NCBI RefSeq assembly: GCF_036365525.1
Contig: NC_090399.1
Location: 51,926,430-51,990,429 of the forward strand
Length of the DNA: 64,000 nucleotides
DNA from: Heterodontus francisci
Lineage: Eukaryota
Reading direction: 5' to 3'
Part shown: positions 28,715-41,500 of the stretch, in pieces
Position numbering within the stretch: the stretch's first letter is position 1
Layout: the number at the start of each line of letters is the position of its first letter
Notes under the pieces: model-generated
Databases searched by the model: none
Told to the model about the DNA's origin: nothing
What the model saw: only the letters and a program-made list of their open reading frames with translations
Program-made: the position numbers and the translations under genes

Positions 28715-29040
28715 AAGACGAGGGAAAAACTGTTTGCATTGGTGGAGGGATTGAGAACAAGAGGGCACAGATACAAAGTAATTGGCAAAAGAAGCAATAT
28801 GACAAGAGGAAAACATTTTTCATGCAGCCAGCGGTTGAGTTCTGGAATGCATTGTGGTGGAGGCAGGTTCAATTGAAGCATTCAAGAGGGAATTGAATTG
28901 TTATCTGTAAAGGAAGAATTTGCAGGGCTCTAGGGAGAAGGAAAGGGAGTGGCAGTCGGTAAATTGCTCTTTCGGAGAGCCAGCTCAGACACAGCGGGCT
29001 GAATGGCCTCCTTCTGTGCTGTAGGTATTCTGTGATTCCA
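28715..29040 (+). mobile_element. CR1 LINE 3' end fragment
   Basis: EKLF..RTRGHRYKV-type ORF2 C-terminus and the GGGCTGAATGGCCTCCTTCTGTGCTGTA 3' motif. Confidence 0.8.
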
Positions 29041-29099
29041 CAGTCTGGCTGTAGCATGGGCTGGAAATGGCTGGACAACATTGGAAGAGCTTCCGGAAG

Positions 29100-29690
29100 G
29101 TCATGAAATGGCACAACAGACAAGAGAGCACAGCCCCAAGTTTTCAGGTGCTGCGCTGAGTCAATGGTACAGGATGTGGATTGGAGGAGAGAGATTCTCT
29201 TCCCTCAGGGGGCCAGGAGGCCCTTCAGACTAGTGCTCAGAGGGCAGTGGTACCAGGTAGCTGAGGACCTGGATGCAGTGCTGCAAGAAGTTTAATGACC
29301 TCACATGAGTGGTCAAGGTCAGCGAATGCATCCTTACACACCATATCCTACCAACTGCAGAACTAGCCTCACACATTACTCCATTTAACACACCCCCTTC
29401 ACTGAACAATCTCTATCAACCATTACTCAAACTTCACATTTACATGCTTGACCTCACCCTCACATTTAGCACTGTTGTAAACCACACAGCCACATATCAC
29501 AGCTATTCAACCATAGCAGGCACATCACCCAAAAACATTGCAACACACTCTCTGACACACCTGACTCTCTTTTGAAGGATAAGTGGGTCCACAATGGATG
29601 ACATCAACAGCAAACTAGCAGGGGGCACGCATGGCTGCATGTGCTAACCCCTATGGAGGAGACAGTGCTGGGGATAATTGGAGTGGTCGC
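29100..29690 (+). mobile_element. Decayed Harbinger-type Myb/SANT-like gene remnant
   Basis: Hand translation across frameshifts gives APSFSGAAL..RREILFP..W.QVAE..QCCKKFNDL, and later LTPMEETVL, typical of the Harbinger DNA-binding ORF. Confidence 0.6.
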
Positions 29691-29695
29691 CACTG

Positions 29696-32600
29696 GTTTG
29701 CACTGGAGTGCTGACTTGGGTTGCATTAGAGTGTTAAAGTGGAAGTTTGGTGACTGAGGATAATTAAGGGTTAATTTTATCTTACGTCTAGTCTGTCTTT
29801 TTTTTTAGCAGATTAACTTAACAGTTGCTGTTTGGGTTGGGGAAGGTAAGTTTTAGACCAGCTTTAAACAGAGTTCACTCAGGCTCTGCTTGCAGCTGCA
29901 CCTTGTTAATTAGAGAATTGGCTTAAGCCAGTTTTCAAGGGCTAGAGTCAGTCAGTATAAAAGTGGGCCATCTTACAGTGCTGACCTTGTTTGCATTAGA
30001 GTGCTGACTTGGGTTGCATTAGAGTGTTAGTGTGGAAGTTTGGTGACTGAGGAAGTTCAGTGAGGAGGGAGCGAGGAGCTCCTTTCATTTCCTACCTGCC
30101 CTCAGAGTGAGGGGAGCCGAGAGTTTCCAAAGAGCACAGTTGACTGGTGAGTAAGTCCTGGTGGGTATTTTTCAAAGTGGATTGAATTGTAAGTCATTGT
30201 TTTAGCAAGACTTAGTTGTTTTTTTTAAATTATAATCTTCTAAAGTTTTAAATTTAAAGGGTTTAGTCATGGCAGGAGAGCTTGAAGCCGTGGTTTGCTC
30301 CTCTTGCTGCATGTGGGAATCCGGGAACATTTCCAGTCCCCGGGACCACCATGTGTGCAGGAAGTGTGACCAGCTGCAGCTCCTGGAAGCTCGGATTTCA
30401 GAGCTGGAACAGCGCCTGGAAACACTGTGGAGCATCCGCGAGTCTGAGAGCATTGTGGATAGCACGTATAGAGAGGTGGTCACACTGCAGCTGAAGGGAC
30501 TTGAGAAAGGAAGGGAATGGGTGACCACCAGGCAGTCCAAGAGAATCAGGCAGGTAGTTCAGGAGTCCCCTGGGGTCCCGCTTGCAAATTGGTATTCCAT
30601 TTTGGAGGCTGATGAGGCTGGTTCCTCCAGGGAGTGTGGACAGAGCCAAGCTTCTGGCACTGCAAGCAGCCTGTCTGCACAGGAAGGGGGAAAAAGAGGA
30701 AGAGCAATAGTAATAGGGGATTCTATAGTCAGGGGAACAGATAGGTGCTACTGTGGCCGTCAACGTGACTCCAGGATGGTGTGTTGCCTGCCTGGTGCCA
30801 GGGTCCGGGATGTCACTGAACAGCTGCAGGGCATCCTGAAGGGGGAGGGTGATAAGGCAGAGGTCATGGTACATGTTGGTACCAATGACATAGGTAGAAA
30901 GAGGGATGAGGTCTTGCATCAGGAATTCAGGGAGTTAGGCAGTAGACTAAAAATCAGGACCTCTCAGGTTGTAATCTCTGGAATACTCCCAGTGCCACGT
31001 GCTAGCAAGTATAGAAATAGGCGAATAGCACAGATGAATGCGTGGCTTAAGAGTTGGTGCAGGAGGGAGGGTTTTAGATTCCCGGACCACTGGGACCATT
31101 TCTGGGGAAGGTGGGACCTGTACAAGCGGGATGGTCTACATCTGAACCAGAGGGGGACTAACATCCTTGCTGGTGGATTTGTTAGTGCTGTTGGGAGGAG
31201 TTTAAACTAATTTGGCAGGGGGAGGGGATGCAGACTCCTAGCAGAATAGGGACACAGCTAAACACAGGAAAGCGAACAAGTCAGAGGGAATACAGCGGAA
31301 TACAGTTTCAGGGGAGTAAGACCAGGATGGAAGGCCTCTACTTTAATGCCAGGAGTATTGCAGGTAAAATGGATGAGTTAAGGGCAATGATTGACACGTG
31401 GAATTGTGATATGGTAGCCATCACTGAGACATGATTGAGGGAGGGGCAGGATTGGCAGCTCAATATCCCGGGATATAGAATCTTCAAGCGAGACAGAGGA
31501 GGGGGTAAAAGAGGAGGGAGCATTGCAATTTTAGTTAAGGAGTCAGTTACTGCAGTAAGGAGAGATGATTTCTTGGAGGGGGCATCAAATGAAGCATTAT
31601 GGGTAGAGTTTAGGTATAAAAAAGGGACAGCCACATTGCGAGGTGTTTATTATAGACCCCCAGATAGTCAGCGGGAAATTGAGGAGCAAATATGTATGCA
31701 ATTTGCAGAGATGTGTAAAAATAATAGGGTAATTATATTAGGCGATTTCAACTTTCCCAACATTAATTGGGATAGTCATCGTGTTAAGGGCTTAGATGGA
31801 GTGGAGTTCTTAAAATGTATACAGGAGAACTTTTTAGCCCAATATGTAGAGGATCCAACAAGGGAGGGTGCAGTGCTGGACCTAATTCTGGGGAATGAAG
31901 CCGGACAGGTGGTTGATGTGTTGGTGGGGGAGCATTTTGGTGATTGCGACCACAACATGGTACAATTTAAGCTTGTTATGGAGAAAGAAATAGACAAGTT
32001 GCAAAAAAAAGTTTTGGATTGAAGGAGAGCGAATTTTAGTAAAATAAGGCAGGATCTGGCCAAGGTAGACAGGAAAGAGGTACTTGTCGGGAAATCGACA
32101 GAAGAGCAGTGGGGGGCATTCAAAAAGGAAATGGGGAGGGTACAGGCCCAACATGTTCCGTCTAGGGTAATAGGTAGGAGCAACAAGCCCAAAGAACCAT
32201 GGATGACCAGAAACATTCAGGGTACGAGGAGAAGGAAAAGAGGCTTTTAGCAAATACAAGGACAGCAAATCAACGGAGGCATTAGTGGAGTACAGAAAGT
32301 GTAGGATGGAGCTTAAGAAAACAATTAGGAGAACAAAGAGAGGATATGAGAAAGCTCTGGCTGGTAAAAGTAGGGAAAATCCCAAGATATTCTATAAGTA
32401 TATCAATGGGAAGAGGATAACCAGGGAAAGAGTAGGACCCATTAGGGACCAAGGGGGAAATTTGTGGGTGGAGCCAGAGGACATTGGTAGGGTGTTGAAC
32501 GAATACTTCACATCTGTCTTCACCCAAGAGAATGAGGATGTAGATATGGAATTTAGAGAGAGACTGTGAGGTTCTTGAGCAAATTGTCATAGGGAGTGAC

Positions 32601-33200
32601 AAGGTATTGGAGGTTTTGGAAGGCTTAAGAGTGGACAGATCTCCAGATCCAGATGATTTGTGTCCCAGGATGCTGTGGGAGGCGAGTGTGGAGATTGCAG
32701 GGGCTCTGACCCAAATTTTTAATTCCTCTCTGGCCACGGGGGAGGTGCCAGAGGACTGGAGAACAGCTAATGTGGTCCCACTATTTAAGAAAGGATGTAG
32801 AGACAAGCCAGGGAACTACAGACCAGTGAGCCTCACGTCAGTGGTAGGGAAACTATTGGAGAGAATCTATCACCGCTTGGAGAGGCAAAATTTGATTCGG
32901 AATAGCATGGCTTTGTCAGAGGGAGATTATGTCTAACAAATTTGATTGAATTTTTTGAGCATGTGACCAGGTGTGTAGATGAGGGTAGTGCAGTTGATGT
33001 AGTTTACATGGATTTCAGCAAAGCCTTTGACAAGATCCCACATGGGAGACTTATCAAGAAAGCAAATGCACATGGGATACAAGGTAACTTGATAAGGTGA
33101 ATTCAAAATTGGCTTAGCTGTAGGAGACAGAGAGTGATGACAGACGGCTGTTTAGTGACTGGAAGCCAGTGTCCAGTGGTGTACAACAGGGATCTGTGCT
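29696..33200 (+). mobile_element. CR1 LINE with intact 5' region (5' UTR, ORF1, endonuclease, part of RT), 3'-truncated
   Basis: ORF1 is followed by an APE domain (YFNARS, AITET, YYRPP, GDFN, LDL, DH) and RT motifs, with stops and frameshifts. Similarity ends at GVQQGSVL (~33200). Confidence 0.92.
30269..31210 (+). CDS. CR1 ORF1p: CxxC zinc finger, coiled coil and SGNH/GDSL esterase domain (313 aa, open)
   Basis: CSSC..CRKC, heptad leucines (LQLLEARISELEQRLETL), and SGNH blocks IGDS, PGA, HVGTND, DGLH. Confidence 0.88.
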   Translation: MAGELEAVVCSSCCMWESGNISSPRDHHVCRKCDQLQLLEARISELEQRLETLWSIRESESIVDSTYREVVTLQLKGLEKGREWVTTRQSKRIRQVVQESPGVPLANWYSILEADEAGSSRECGQSQASGTASSLSAQEGGKRGRAIVIGDSIVRGTDRCYCGRQRDSRMVCCLPGARVRDVTEQLQGILKGEGDKAEVMVHVGTNDIGRKRDEVLHQEFRELGSRLKIRTSQVVISGILPVPRASKYRNRRIAQMNAWLKSWCRREGFRFPDHWDHFWGRWDLYKRDGLHLNQRGTNILAGGFVSAVGRSLN

Positions 33201-33537
33201 TATCGAGGCACACAACTCCACTCCCTGCTGAATTAATCAGCTTTTCACAACTCTTCCAACAGCCCAGTACTTCCGCTAACTCTGCACGAGCAAGTAAATA
33301 GTGAAAACAGCTCAGCTGCAAGTTGGATAGTGATGTCTTTGAAGAGCGCTGGTGTGGGTAGTCCCTCATGCATGGCTGTGCATGTTTAACAGAGGGTGTT
33401 AACAGGAGTGGCGAGATCCAAACTGGCACTTCGCGTGTCGAATCATCATTAGACGCTGATGGATGTCACAATCTGCCCACTACCTCCAGTGCGCTCACAG
33501 AGCACCCGTGTCATCTTCCTCCACAACATGGCGATTG

Positions 33538-36500
33538 AAACATAGAAACATCGAAAACAGGAGCAGGAGTAGGCCATTCGGCCCTTCGAGCCTGCTCTGC
33601 CATTCATTGTGATCATGGCTCATCATCCAACTCAGTAACCTGTTCCCGCTTTCGCCCCATATCCTTTGATCCCTTTAGACCCAAGAGCTATATCTAACTC
33701 CTTCTTGAAAACAATGTTTTGGCCTCAACTGCTTTCTGTGGTAGCGAATTCCACAGGCTCACCACTCTGGGTGAAGAAATTTCTCCACATCTCAGGCCTG
33801 AAAGGTTTACCCTGTATCCTTAGACTATAACCCCTGTTTCTGGACTCCCCCACCATCGGGAACATCCTTCCTGCATCTACCCAGTCAAGTCCTGTTAGAA
33901 TTTTATAGGTTTCTATGAGATCCCCCCTCACTCTTCAGAACTCCAGCGAATATAATCCCAACTGACTCAATCTCCTCATATGTGAGCCCCACCATCCCAG
34001 GAATCAGTCTGGTAAACCTTCGCTGCACTCCCTCTATAGCAAGAACATCCTTCCTCAGATAAGAAGCTCAAAACTGCACACAGTATTCCAGGTATGACCT
34101 CACCAAGGCCCTGTACAACTGCAGCAAGACATCCGTGCTCCTGTACTCGAATCCTCTCGCTATGAAGGCCAACATACCATTTGCCTTTTTTACTGCCTGT
34201 TGCACCTGCATGCTTACCTTCAGCGACTGGTGTACAAGAACACCCAGGTCTCGCTGCATATTTCCCTCTCTCAGTTTATAGCCGTTCAGATAATAATCTG
34301 CCTTCCTGTTTTTGCTGTCAAAGTGGATAACCTCACATTTATCCACATTATACTGCATCTGTTATGCAGTAGCCCACTCACTCAACTTGTCCAAATCATC
34401 CTGAAGCCTCTTTGCATCCTCCTCACAACTCACCCTCCCACCCAGTTTTGTGTCATCTGAAAATTTGGAAATATTACATTTAGTTCCCTCATCTAAATCA
34501 TTAATATATATTGTGAATAGCTAGGGTCCTAGCACTGATCCCTATGGTACCCCACTAGTCACTGTCTGCCATTGAGAAAAATACCCATTTATCCCTACTC
34601 TTTGTTTCCTGTCTGTCAACCAATTTTCTATCGCAATATCCTACCCCCAGTCCCATGCGCTTTAATTTTACACACTAATCTCTTATGTAGGACTTTGTCG
34701 AAAGCCTTCTGAAAGTCCACATAAACCATGTTCACTGGCTCCCCCTCATCAACTCTACGAGTTACATCTTCCCTTTCATAAATCCATGCTGACTCCCCGA
34801 TTCTACCACTGTTCTCTAAGTGCTCTGCTATAAAATCTTTGATAATAGACTCGAGAATTTTCCCCACTACCGACATCAGGCTGACTGGTCTATAATTCCC
34901 TGCTTTCTCCGTACCTCCCTTTTTAAATAGTGGGGTTACATTAGCTCCCCTCCAATCTGTAGGAACTGTTCCAGAGTCAATAGAATCTTGGAAGATGACC
35001 ACCAATGCATCCACTATTTCTAGGGCCACTTCTTTAAGTACTCTGTGATGCAGACCATCAGGCCCTGGGGATTTATTGGCCTTCAATCCCATCAATTTGC
35101 CCAACACCATGTCTTTACTCATACTGATTTCCTTCAGTTCCTCTCTCTCACTAAGCCCTGTGTTCCCCAACATTTCTGGTATGATATTTGTGTCCCCCTT
35201 TGTGAAGACAGAACCAAAGTATGCATTTAGTTGGTCAGCCATTTCTTTGTTCCCCATAATAAATTCCCCTGCTTCTGACTGTAAGGGACGTTTTGTCTTC
35301 ACTAATCTTTTTCTCATCACATACCTTTAGAAACTTTTACAGTCAGTTTTTATGTTCTCCGCAAGCTTGCTCTCGTACTCTATTTTCCCCTTCTTAATCA
35401 ATCCCTTGGTCCTCCTTTGCTAAATTCTAAACTGCTCCCAATCCTCAGGTCTGTTGTTTGTTTTTTTTCTGGAAAATTTATATTCCTCTTCCTTTGATCT
35501 AATGCTATCTCTAATTTCCCTTGTAAGCCATGGTTTGGCTACCTTTCCCATTTTACTTTTGCGCCAGACAGGGATAAACAATTGTTGTAGTTCATCCATG
35601 CGCTCTTTAAATGTTTGCCATTGCTTATCCACCATCATCCCTTTAAGTAATGTTTCCCAATCCATCATAGCCAACTCGCGCCTCATACCTTCATAGTTTC
35701 CTTTACTAAGATTCAGGACCCTAGTCTCAGAATCAACTACATCACTCTCCATCTTGATGAAGAATTCTATCATATTATGGTCGCTTATCCCCAAGGGGTC
35801 TCGCACCACTAGATTGTCAATTATTCCCCTCTCATTACACAATACCCAGTCTAGGATGGCCTGTTCTCTAGTTGCTTCCTCAACATATTGGTCCAGAAAA
35901 CCATCCCGTATACACTCCAAGAATTCCTCCTCTACGGTATTGAGTAATTTGATTTGCCCAATCTATATGCAGATTAAAATCACCCATAATTACCAATGTT
36001 CCTTTATTGCATACGGCTCTAATTTCCTGTTTAATGCCATTCCCAACATCACCAGTACAGTTTGGAGGGTTATATATAACCCCCACTAATGTTTTTTGCC
36101 CCTTAGTGTTTCTCAGCTCTACCCATACAGATTCCACATTGTCAGAGCTAATATCTTTCCTCATTATTGCGTTAATTTCCTCTTTAACCAGCAATGCAAC
36201 TCCACCGCCTTTTGCTTTTTGTCTGTCCTTCCTAAATACTGGATAGCCCTGGATGTTCATTTCCCATCTCCAGTCACCTTGCAGCCATGTCTCCGTAATC
36301 CCGACTATATCACACCCGTTTACATCTGTTTGCGTGATTAATTCATCCACTTCATTGTGACTGCTCTGTGCATTAAGATACAAAGCCTTAAGGCTTGTCT
36401 TTTTGACATTACTTGTCCCCTTCCCATTATTTTTCACTGTGGCCCAGTTTGATTGTGGCCCTTGATTTCTCTGCCTATCACTTTTCTTATTCCCCTTACT

Positions 36501-36575
36501 GTCTTTTATCTTATCTTTGATCCCCCTTCTTCTGACTCCTTGCGAAGGGTCCCATCCCCCTGCCATTTTATCAGG
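33538..36575 (-). mobile_element. Decayed CR1 LINE, nearly complete ORF2 plus 3' tail
   Basis: Minus-strand fragments run from the endonuclease (YLNAQS, GITETWL, GDFN) through RT (KSPGPDG, NYRPVSL, DFQKAFDKV, LEYCVQF) to a (TTTCTATG)-type tail at ~33538. Confidence 0.92.
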
Positions 36576-37964
36576 TTTCCATCCCCCTGCCATTGGCATC
36601 AGCTGCACTGGAAATGGTCAGTTGTGGACCCCTCCCACCTTTTACCCCAACTGGATCTTGTAGACCAAAACCACTGTCTTTATAGAGCTGAATTTTGCAG
36701 CCATTCTCATTTCCAGTTGAATTAACAAAGAAAATGGGACAGTGTGTAAAATGGGCTGCCCACGCACTGAGGCTGTCACTCTCTTGATGTAGGCCAATTC
36801 ATCCCCAGTGTTTGTAACTCGATTAAAAGGAGAATGTAGAACTCCTCCTGCAGGGGGAGACATTATAAAGCCATTGTGTTTATCACAGGCTGAAGTTCAG
36901 TCTTGAACATTCTGCATGAGTTTGGATTAAACACTTGTCCCAGTTAGCTGATCCTCAACTAGGCTGTGTTCTGATTGGCAAATGGAGTAATCTGGAATCT
37001 ATTTATCCAGCAGCACAGGGCATTTTTAATGATCTAATTGTTTTAAGTAGAACCAGTTAGTTAGGACGATTCCCATTCTGTAATGATGTGAAGGAATTAT
37101 CAGCTTCCGCAAACACAAACTGTAGGAATACACCAGATATTAAAATGATACCACAGTTTCTGAGCCTTAGCATTCATTGGGGTACAAATTGGTCTTCAGC
37201 TGTTGTATAAAACGGTTAATTCATTCCATCCCTCACTCACTGACTCGTTCATCTCAATGCAAAAGAAGATATAATGGAGTGTAAAACTTATTAGATACTT
37301 ATTATCCATTTTGCATTCCCTCCTGAAACAGATTTCCACATACTACTTATTACCTCAAATCTGGCAGTTGGTCAGATGAAGCGGCCAATAATGAGAATCA
37401 AAGTGATACGCCTATTTAATATTAACTGATCTGACTCTCCAATCCATCAGCCTATGTCAGAATAAAAGCCGGTTTCATGATTTCTCAATTAACAATAGTA
37501 TGATTAATGGTTGGATGTACTTGGGGTCTAGTGGATTAGACTAACATTAGTCATTCATCTCTTGGATCGGGATTCATATCCAACCCAGTGTAATAGGCTG
37601 AATATTTGTTCTGTCTGTTGGTCTATTCAAAATGTATGTTACCACTCTTAACCCAACTCTCAGCATAAGATTGTTCTAGTTCAATGTTAGTAACAATCTT
37701 AACTCACACAGGTTCCAGGGGCCAAGATTATTATCTTACATGTCCAAGAATAAGATATTTTCCTGCAAAGAGTACCTGTCAGAATTTTGGGCAGAAGTTG
37801 CCCATGGTTTCTCATCAAAATTCAATAGACAATAAAATGTGCGCACCACACCCTAATTTTCACCTGGTTGGTGAAACTCGTTCTCGGACACTGAAGATAA
37901 AAATCTAGCCCAAGATTTCTGGATTGTGAAAAGAACATAATACTTGTGCAATCGGGGTAACTTA

Positions 37965-38125
37965 TACAATGTAGACCAGCTTTACACTGGATCTAACTTG
38001 TGCTGTGTCTGATTTGAGGGGGTTGAGTGAGGCAATGTAGAGGGAGCTTTACTCTGACCCTAACCCATGTTCTACCTGCCCTGGGAGTGTTTGATGGGTC
38101 AGTGCAGAGGGAGCTTTACTCTGTA
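37965..38125. repeat. 2-3 degenerate copies of a ~65-bp unit (GTAGAGGGAGCTTTACTCTG...CCTGCCCTGGGAGTGTTTGATGGG) just upstream of the promoter
   Basis: AGCTTTAC(A/T)CTG recurs at ~37978, ~38045 and ~38112. Confidence 0.7.
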
Positions 38126-38208
38126 AGAAGACTTTCACTGCAATCCTTCCTCAAATAAAAACAAGATCAAGGCTCATTCAGAGAAGTTCAGAACATTGTT
38201 GCATTTCA

Positions 38209-38250
38209 CCTGGAAACAGCTGATGGAGGAGAGCTCAGTTTGTGATTGGC
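38209..38250 (+). promoter_or_regulatory. MHC class II promoter X-Y module: X1 CCTGGAAACAGCTG, Y box GTGATTGGC
   Basis: The X1-like 14-mer (38209-38222) and the inverted CCAAT Y box (38242-38250) are separated by 19 nt, matching the conserved 19-20 nt RFX/NF-Y spacing. AT-rich TTATTAAT follows immediately. The S box could not be placed confidently. Confidence 0.8.
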
Positions 38251-38388
38251 TTATTAATGTTAAACCACATGTCAATTACTGAGTGAAACTTCAGTGAAGT
38301 GAGTGAGACAGAAACTTAGCTCGAGAGACTAAGAGGAGCTGGCATTGCGTGAAGTCTGATCACATTTGGGAGAAACAAAAGGAACAGA

Positions 38389-38455
38389 ATGGACACTGGG
38401 TGTTACTTTACTGTGTTAACATTGGTTTTAATTCACGGAGCCTGGGCTGGAGAAT
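38389..38455 (+). CDS. DAA: MHC class II alpha chain exon 1 (signal peptide), MDTGCYFTVLTLVLIHGAWAGE + first base of the next codon
   Basis: ATG at 38389 is followed by a hydrophobic leader ending AWA|GE, then a GTGAGT donor at 38456. The phase-1 T joins AC of exon 2 to give TAC (Tyr). It resembles shark class IIA leaders and lies ~140 bp downstream of a correctly spaced X-Y module. It is too short for the ORF track. The DAA versus DBA locus assignment is not resolved. Confidence 0.88.
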
Positions 38456-38514
38456 GTGAGTTATTAAATAGAAAAATTTAATATAGATTATAAATATTAA
38501 TATCGGACCTCCCT

Positions 38515-41500
38515 AGGGGCAGTGTGATATTACAGGGAGTGCGGGCTGTGTGTTATTATATTTATATTATATTAATAATCCTGATCTCACTGGGGTCGGT
38601 GTGATGTTATTACAGGGAGTGAGGTCTGTGTGTTATTATATTTATATTATATCAATAATCCTGATCTCACTGGGGTCAGTGTGATGTTATTACAGGGAGT
38701 GAGGTCTGTGTGTTATTATATTTATATTATATTAATAATCCTGATCTCACTGGGGTCGGTGTGATGTTATTACAGGGAGTGAGGTCTGTGTGTTATTGTA
38801 TTTATATTATATTAATAATCCCGATCTCACTGGGGTCGGTGTGATGTTATTACAGGGAGTGAGGTCTGTGTGTTATTATATTTATATTATATTAATAATC
38901 CCGATCTCACTGGGGTCGGTGTGATGTTATTACAGGGAGTGAGGTCTGTGTGTTATTATATTTATATTATATTAATAATCCCGATCTCACTGGGTCGGTG
39001 TGATGTTATTACAGGGAGTGAGGTCTGTGTGTTATTGTATTTATATTATATTAATAATCCCGATCTCACTGGGGTCGGTGTGATGTTATTACAGGGAGTG
39101 AGGTCTGTGTGTTATTATATTTATATTATATTAATAATCCTGATCTCACTGGGGTCGGTGTGATGTTATTACAGGGAGTGAGGGCTGTGTGTTATTATAT
39201 TTATATTATATTAATAATCCCGATCTCACTGGGGTCGGTGTGATGTTATTACAGGGAGTGAGGGCTGTGTGTTATTATATTTATATTATATTAATAATCC
39301 TGATCTCACTGGGGTCGGTGTGATGTTATTACAGGGAGTGAGGGCTGTGTGTTATTATATTTATATTATATTAATAATCCCGATCTCACTGGGGTCGGTG
39401 TGATGTTATTACAGGGAGTGAGGTCCGTGTGTTATTATATTTCTTTTATATCAATAATCCCGATCTCACTGGGGTCGGTGTGATGTTATTACAGGGTGTG
39501 AGGTCTGTGTGTTATTATATTTATATTATATCAATAATCCCGATCTCACTGGGGTCGGTGTGATGTTATTACAGGGTGTGAGGTCTGTGTGTTATTATAT
39601 TTATATTATATTAATAATCCCGATCTCACTGGGGTCGGTGTGATGTTATTACAGGGAGTGAGGTCTGTGTGTTATTATATTTATATTATATCAATAATCC
39701 CGATCTCACTGGGGTCGGTGTGATGTTATTACAGGGAGTGAGGTCTGTGTGTTATTATATTTATATTATATCAATAATCCTGATCTCACTGGGGTCGGTG
39801 TGATGTTATTACAGGGAGTGAGGTCTGTGTGTTATTGTATTTATATTATATTAATAATCCTGATCTCACTGGGTCGGTGTGATGTTATTACAGGGAGTGA
39901 GGTCTGTGTGTTATTGTATTTATATTATATCAATAATCCTGATCTCACTGGGGTCGGTGTGATGTTATTACAGGGAGTGAGGTCTGTGTGTTATTATATT
40001 TATATTATATTAATAATCCTGATCTCACTGGGGTCAGTGTGATGTTATTACAGGGAGTGAGGTCTGTGTGTTATTATATTTATATTATATCAATAATCCT
40101 GATCTCACTGGGGTCGGTGTGATGTTATTACAGGGAGTGAGGTCTGTGTGTTATTATATTTATATTATATTAATAATCCTGATCTCACTGGGGTCGGTGT
40201 GATGTTATTACAGGGAGTGAGGTCTGTGTGTTATTATATTTATATTATATTAATAATCCCGATCTCACTGGGGTCGGTGTGATGTTATTACAGGGAGTGA
40301 GGTCTGTGTGTTATTGTATTTATATTATATTAATAATCCTGATCTCACTGGGGTCGGTGTGATGTTATTACAGGGAGTGAGGTCTGTGTGTTATTGTATT
40401 TATATTATATTAATAATCCCGATCTCACTGGGGTCGGTGTGATGTTATTACAGGGAGTGAGGTCTGTGTGTTATTATATTTATATTATATTAATAATCCT
40501 GATCTCACTGGGGTCGGTGTGATGTTATTACAGGGAGTGAGGTCTGTGTGTTATTATATTTATATTATATTAATAATCCCGATCTCACTGGGGTCAGTGT
40601 GATGTTATTACAGGGAGTGAGGTCTGTGTGTTATTATATTTATATTATATTAATAATCCCGATCTCACTGGGGTCGGTGTGATGTTATTACAGGGAGTGA
40701 GGTCTGTGTGTTATTATATTTATATTATATTAATAATCCCGATCTCACTGGGGTCGGTGTGATGTTATTACAGGGAGTGAGGTCCGTGTGTTAGTATATT
40801 TATATTATATCAATAATCCCAATCTCACTGGGGTCGGTGTGATGTTATTACAGGGAGTGAGGTCTGTGTGTTATTATATTTCTTTTATATCAATAATCCC
40901 GATCTCACTGGGGTCGGTGTGATGTTATTACAGGGTGTGAGGTCTGTGTGTTATTATATTTATATTATATCAATAATCCTGATCTCACTGGGGTCGGTGT
41001 GATGTTATTACAGGGTGTGAGGTCTGTGTGTTATTATATTTATATTATATTAATAATCCCGATCTCACTGGGGTCGGTGTGATGTTATTACAGGGAGTGA
41101 GGTCTGTGTGTTATTATATTTATATTATATTAATAATCCTGATCTCACTGGGGTCGGTGTGATGTTATTACAGGGAGTGAGGTCTGTGTGTTATTATATT
41201 TATATTATATTAATAATCCCGATCTCACTGGGGTCAGTGTGATGTTATTACAGGGAGTCAGGGCTGTGTGTTATTATATTTATATTATATTAATAATCCT
41301 GATCTCACTGGGGTCGGTGTGATGTTATTACAGGGAGTGAGGTCTGTGTGTTATTATATTTATATTATATCAATAATCCTGACCTCACTGGGGTCGGTGT
41401 GATGTTATTACAGAGAGTGAGGGCTGTGTGTTATTATATTTATATTATATTAATAATCCTGATCTCACTGGGGTCGGTGTGATGTTATTACAGGGAGTGA

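Noticed and set aside
38870-40042. 97-aa hydrophobic ORFs in intron 1
   Set aside because: Translations of the 80-bp minisatellite opened by 1-bp deletions.
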